NCBI GenBank assembly: GCA_964407585.1
Contig: CAYOWF010000001.1
Span: 1-59,053 of the forward strand
From: an uncultured Qipengyuania sp.
GTDB lineage: Bacteria > Pseudomonadota > Alphaproteobacteria > Sphingomonadales > Sphingomonadaceae
Reading direction: 5' to 3'
DNA: 59,053 bases
Shown here: positions 55,446 through 59,053 of the stretch, piece by piece
Layout: each line of letters starts with the position of its first letter
Position numbering within the stretch: the stretch's first letter is position 1
The notes under the pieces: generated by a model
The model's database searches: none
Told to the model about the DNA's origin: nothing
The model's input: only the letters and a program-made list of their open reading frames with translations
Program-made: the position numbers and the translations under genes

Positions 55446-57179
55446 TCAGCCCTTGGCCGCCGCGGCAGCCTTTTCGGCCTTCTCCTTCTCGGCCGCCGCC
55501 TTCAGCGCGGGATGCTTCGAATAGAGATATTTCTGCTGCGCCAGCGTCAGGACGTTCGACGTAACCCAGTAGAGCAGAAGACCCGCTGCGAAGGGGGCCA
55601 TGATGAACATCAGCACCCAGGGCATGATGCTGAACACCTGCTGCTGGACCGGGTCCATCGCGGAAGGATTGAGCCTGAATGTCAGCCACATGGTTACACC
55701 CAGCAGCACCGCGAGGATGCCAATGGCCAGGAAGCCCGGCGGCGTAAACGGCAGCAGCCCGAAGAGGTTGAGCACTGTTGCCGGATCGGGGGCGCTCAGA
55801 TCCTTGATGTAAAGGAAATCCTGGTGCCGCATCTCGATGGCCAGATAGAGGACCTTGTAGAGCGCGAAAAAGATCGGGATCTGCAGGATAAGCGGCAGGC
55901 AGCCTGCGAGGGGATTGACCTTCTCACGCTTGAACAACGCCTGCATTTCCTGCTGCTGCTTGAGCTTGTCGTCCTTGTGCTTTTCCTGCAGCTTTTTCAT
56001 TTCCGGCTGGATCGCCTTCATCGCCGCCATCGATGCGAACTGCTTCTGCGCGACGGGGAACATGAGCCCACGTACGATCACGGTCAGGATGATGATGGCG
56101 ACGCCGAAATTTCCGACCAGATCAAAGATGTTCTTCAACAGCCAGAGGAACGGTTTCTCGAACCAGCGGAACCAGCCCCAGTCGATGGCCAGGCCGAACT
56201 GCGGAATGCCCGCATCCTGGTAGGCATCGAGGATTTCGCTGTCCTTGGCGCCGGCATAGAGGCGCGAAGTTGTCGTGTAGCGATTGCCCGAAGGCACGGT
56301 GACCGGATCGTAAATCAGGTCGGCGCGGAAGACGTCATTGCCAAGCGAACGGAAGGTCGCATCGGGAGTGGCACCCGATTGCGGGACCATGGCCGCAAGC
56401 CAGTAGATGTCGGTGAACCCGATCCAGTCGGTCTTGCCTGCAGGGGAGATTTTGCCGACTTCTTCGACATCGTCGTAATCGTTTCCGTATTCGACGCTCT
56501 GGTCGAAGGATCCGATCGGGCCCGAATGCGCGATGAAGAAATCGGCACTGGCGGTTTCGCTGGTCCGCCCGACGAGGCCATAGGGCTGCACCACTGCCGC
56601 AGCGCCACTGCGGTTGGCGACCGACTGCTCGACCGTGAGCATGTATTCCTCATCGATCGAATAGGTCAGCTGCAGTTCGATACCATTGCCCGCATCATGC
56701 GTCAGCGTAACCGGCGTTTCGGGCGTGAGCGTGCCGCCATCGGCAGTCCATAGCGATTCGTCGGACACCTTCTGCCCGTTCACGAGGAATCCGAATTGCG
56801 AATATTGCTGCGTCGTCGTTCCGCGAGGGGCGAAAATGCGGACCGGGCCGCTGTCTTTGTCGGTGCTCTCGGCGTAATCCTTGAGCACTACATCGTCGAG
56901 GAAAGCACCCTGCAGGTTGATCGAGCCGGCCAGTTTGGGCGTATCGATACGCAGGCGCTCCGCAGAAGTCAGCGAAGTGTCGAGGTCGACTGCGGCTGCC
57001 GCGCTTTCGCCAATATCGCCGCTCGCTGCAGCAGCCTGCTCGGCCGGCGTATCGATCTTCTCCTCGGTAACCGGGACATTGTCCGGTTGCGGATAGAAAT
57101 AGTCCATCGCCCACTGCCAGCCGATGAGCACGGCAAGCGAGAGAGTGAGCACGAGCACGAAATTGCGTGAATTTTCCAA
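55446..57179 (-). CDS. yidC: Membrane protein insertase YidC
   Basis: N-terminal TM, periplasmic domain, IDWGW, GNFGVAII, NPLAGCLP...QIPIF, DLSAPD, LYW..SN. Confidence 0.96.
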   Translation of the reverse strand: MENSRNFVLVLTLSLAVLIGWQWAMDYFYPQPDNVPVTEEKIDTPAEQAAAASGDIGESAAAAVDLDTSLTSAERLRIDTPKLAGSINLQGAFLDDVVLKDYAESTDKDSGPVRIFAPRGTTTQQYSQFGFLVNGQKVSDESLWTADGGTLTPETPVTLTHDAGNGIELQLTYSIDEEYMLTVEQSVANRSGAAAVVQPYGLVGRTSETASADFFIAHSGPIGSFDQSVEYGNDYDDVEEVGKISPAGKTDWIGFTDIYWLAAMVPQSGATPDATFRSLGNDVFRADLIYDPVTVPSGNRYTTTSRLYAGAKDSEILDAYQDAGIPQFGLAIDWGWFRWFEKPFLWLLKNIFDLVGNFGVAIIILTVIVRGLMFPVAQKQFASMAAMKAIQPEMKKLQEKHKDDKLKQQQEMQALFKREKVNPLAGCLPLILQIPIFFALYKVLYLAIEMRHQDFLYIKDLSAPDPATVLNLFGLLPFTPPGFLAIGILAVLLGVTMWLTFRLNPSAMDPVQQQVFSIMPWVLMFIMAPFAAGLLLYWVTSNVLTLAQQKYLYSKHPALKAAAEKEKAEKAAAAAKG

Positions 57180-57250
57180 GGTCGATCCCGGTGGCAGTTG
57201 TATTCGGTCAGATGGGGAGAGTGTATTACGACGTCAAGACACCGAGCCGG

Positions 57251-57460
57251 TCAGGGCACCGGGTCGTGGCCGCAGCCACCCCAAGGTTGGCAGCGCAATA
57301 GCCGCTTGAGGGCCAGCCATCCACCCTTGATTGCACCATGCTTCTGCAGCGCCTCGATCGCATATTGGCTGCATGACGGGGTAAAGCGGCAGGTCGGCGG
57401 GAGGATACGGCTCGGGCCGAGCTGCCACAGGCGCGCGATCCAGATCAGCGGATACTTCAT
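57251..57460 (-). CDS. yidD: Membrane protein insertion efficiency factor YidD
   Basis: [11 protein letters not shown]...HG...G, RLLRC.PW...G.DPVP; start at MKYP. Confidence 0.93.
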   Translation of the reverse strand: MKYPLIWIARLWQLGPSRILPPTCRFTPSCSQYAIEALQKHGAIKGGWLALKRLLRCQPWGGCGHDPVP

Positions 57461-57840
57461 GCGCGGCGGCTCCGGCGGTGGCGCGGGGTGCGCGGGCGGT
57501 CGCCCTTGCCCTCGGCGGCCCGCGCCAGCGCGGCGGCCAGCTCCTCGCGCAGCGCGGTGAAATCGCGCTCGATCCCGCCCTCGCGGCCGATCAGGATATG
57601 GTCGTGGTCGGGCAGCCCCTGTTCGGGCAGCGCCGCCCACAGCAGTTCGCGGAAGCGCCGTTTCATCCGGTTGCGGACCACGGCATTGCCGATCTTCTTG
57701 GTCACGGTGATGCCGTAGCGCTTGCCCTTGCCCGCATTCGGTCGGGTCAACAGCACGAAACCGGGCTTGGCATTCCGCATACCGCGATTGGCGGCGAGGA
57801 AATCGCTGCGCTTGCGGATCACGGAAAGACTGGTGTGCAT
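57457..57840 (-). CDS. rnpA: Ribonuclease P protein component
   Basis: G.TVTKK.GNAV.RNR.KRR RNR motif; lies between rpmH and yidD. Confidence 0.95.
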   Translation of the reverse strand: MHTSLSVIRKRSDFLAANRGMRNAKPGFVLLTRPNAGKGKRYGITVTKKIGNAVVRNRMKRRFRELLWAALPEQGLPDHDHILIGREGGIERDFTALREELAAALARAAEGKGDRPRTPRHRRSRRA

Positions 57841-57855
57841 GGATGCCAGATACGC

Positions 57856-57885
57856 AAAACGGGCCCCCGATGGGAGCCCGCTTTT
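57856..57885 (-). terminator. Terminator/attenuator hairpin between rpmH and rnpA
   Basis: Minus strand CGGGCTCCC-ATC-GGGGGCCCG followed by TTTT. Confidence 0.65.
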
Positions 57886-57929
57886 CCTATCGCGATTGCA
57901 GCCGTGCCGAAGCGCGGCCAATCAGTCGA

Positions 57930-58064
57930 TTATGCGCAGAGGTTCTTGCGGCCGCGAGCGCGACGTGCACGGAGAACCTTGCGGCCGCCCGGGGTGGCCT
58001 TGCGGGCGAAGAAACCGTGGCGACGGGCGCGCACGAGGTTCGAAGGCTGGAAAGTCCGCTTCAT
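57930..58064 (-). CDS. rpmH: 50S ribosomal protein L34 (below ORF-track cutoff)
   Basis: Manual translation [44 protein letters not shown]. Confidence 0.97.
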   Translation of the reverse strand: MKRTFQPSNLVRARRHGFFARKATPGGRKVLRARRARGRKNLCA

Positions 58065-58154
58065 CGGAAAGTCCTTTAAAATCCAAAGTTACTGCCAGGC
58101 GAATCGCACCGACAAAAAGGGCCGCCGCAACGGGCGACCGCTCACAGGAGGGCG

Positions 58155-58183
58155 CGCTTAAGGAAATCGGGCGGAAAGGTCAA
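58155..58183 (-). promoter_or_regulatory. Putative sigma70 promoter of rpmH
   Basis: TTGACC-N17-TAAGCG on the minus strand. Confidence 0.5.
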
Positions 58184-58443
58184 GCCTGAAGGCGTCATAA
58201 CCATGGCTGTACCCGACCTCGCCGCAGGGACATCATGCTCGCATCATTGATGCTTGAGAAAGCCAAAATTTCGCGAATTTCAGCAAATCGGAATTGCACA
58301 AACGTGTAGAAGTTCAAGATGCAGGGCAGGTTTTTGGTTCATTTGGACGATATTTATTCAATTCGTTATTAGATTGATATCGTTCTGTTGCTCGACATTC
58401 TTCCTTCTTCTTGTCATTCCGATTCAAAAGAAGGGGAATTGAT

Positions 58444-59053
58444 TTGGTCGCACTGGTCCGGACGGTCGCCTATCTCGGGCTTGAGGCGCGCGCCGTCGAG
58501 GTACAATGTTCGCTTGCGCCGGGACTGCCCAATTTCAACATCGTCGGCTTGGCCGACAAGGCGGTAGGCGAAAGCAAGGAGCGGGTCCGCGCGGCCCTGT
58601 CTTCCATGGGGCTCGCGCTGCCGCCCAAGCGGATTACCATCAACCTCTCCCCGGCAGACCTGCCCAAGGAGGGCTCGCATTACGATTTGCCCGTCGCCCT
58701 CGCCGTCCTGGCGGCGATGGGCATTACCGATGCCGAACAGCTCGACGACTGGATCGTGGTTGGCGAACTGGCGCTCGACGCAAGGGTGGCATCTTCACCG
58801 GGCGTGCTGCTCGCCGCCATGCATGCGAGCGAGGCGGGAAGAGGCCTGGTCTGTCCGGCCGCGCAAGGATCCGAAGCCAGATGGGCGAGCGGGTGCCGGT
58901 TCTCGCTGCGCCGGATCTCGCCAGCCTTCTCAATCACCTCAAGGGCACGAGCCAGCTTCCCGAGCCCGAGCGCGGCCTGGTGGAGGAACCCGCCGGCGGG
59001 CCGGATCTCAAGCAGGTGAAGGGGCAGGAAACAGCCAAGCGCGCGCTCGAGAT
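58444..59053 (+). pseudogene. comM: ComM/YifB Mg-chelatase-like AAA ATPase, frameshifted near 58891 and truncated by window end
   Basis: IVGL.DKAV.ESKERV, RITINLSPADLPKEGSHYDLP; homology continues in another frame after ...RWASG as VPVLAAPDLASLLNHLKG...PDLKQVKGQETAKRALE. Confidence 0.8.

Noticed and set aside
58380-58425. LexA (GTTC-N7-GTTC) box upstream of comM
   Set aside because: TTC-rich, but no correctly spaced pair was found.

Overview
GC-rich alphaproteobacterial chromosome segment. Gene content and order (rpsT-dnaA, rpmH-rnpA-yidD-yidC-yihA, hflKC-degP, several TonB-dependent receptors) suggest Sphingomonadales, probably Erythrobacteraceae; this is an inference. The right half is mostly core housekeeping genes and ends in a frameshifted comM. 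The left half carries accessory modules: a telA operon, heme oxygenase plus bacteriophytochrome, manC-manA, and a TonB-receptor/nucleoside-transport block. Two regions stand out. (1) A radical-SAM / TIGR04282 / TIGR04283 ('arsenosugar-type') cluster with no arsM in the window, preceded by a ~200-nt structured non-coding RNA candidate I cannot assign to a family. (2) An islet next to tRNA-Lys encoding a tandem-TetR regulator, TonB receptor, DASS transporter, M14 carboxypeptidase and an apparently exported fumarase/aspartase-superfamily lyase. I saw no CRISPR array, rRNA, integrase or transposase. All product calls come from motif recognition by eye, not database searches.
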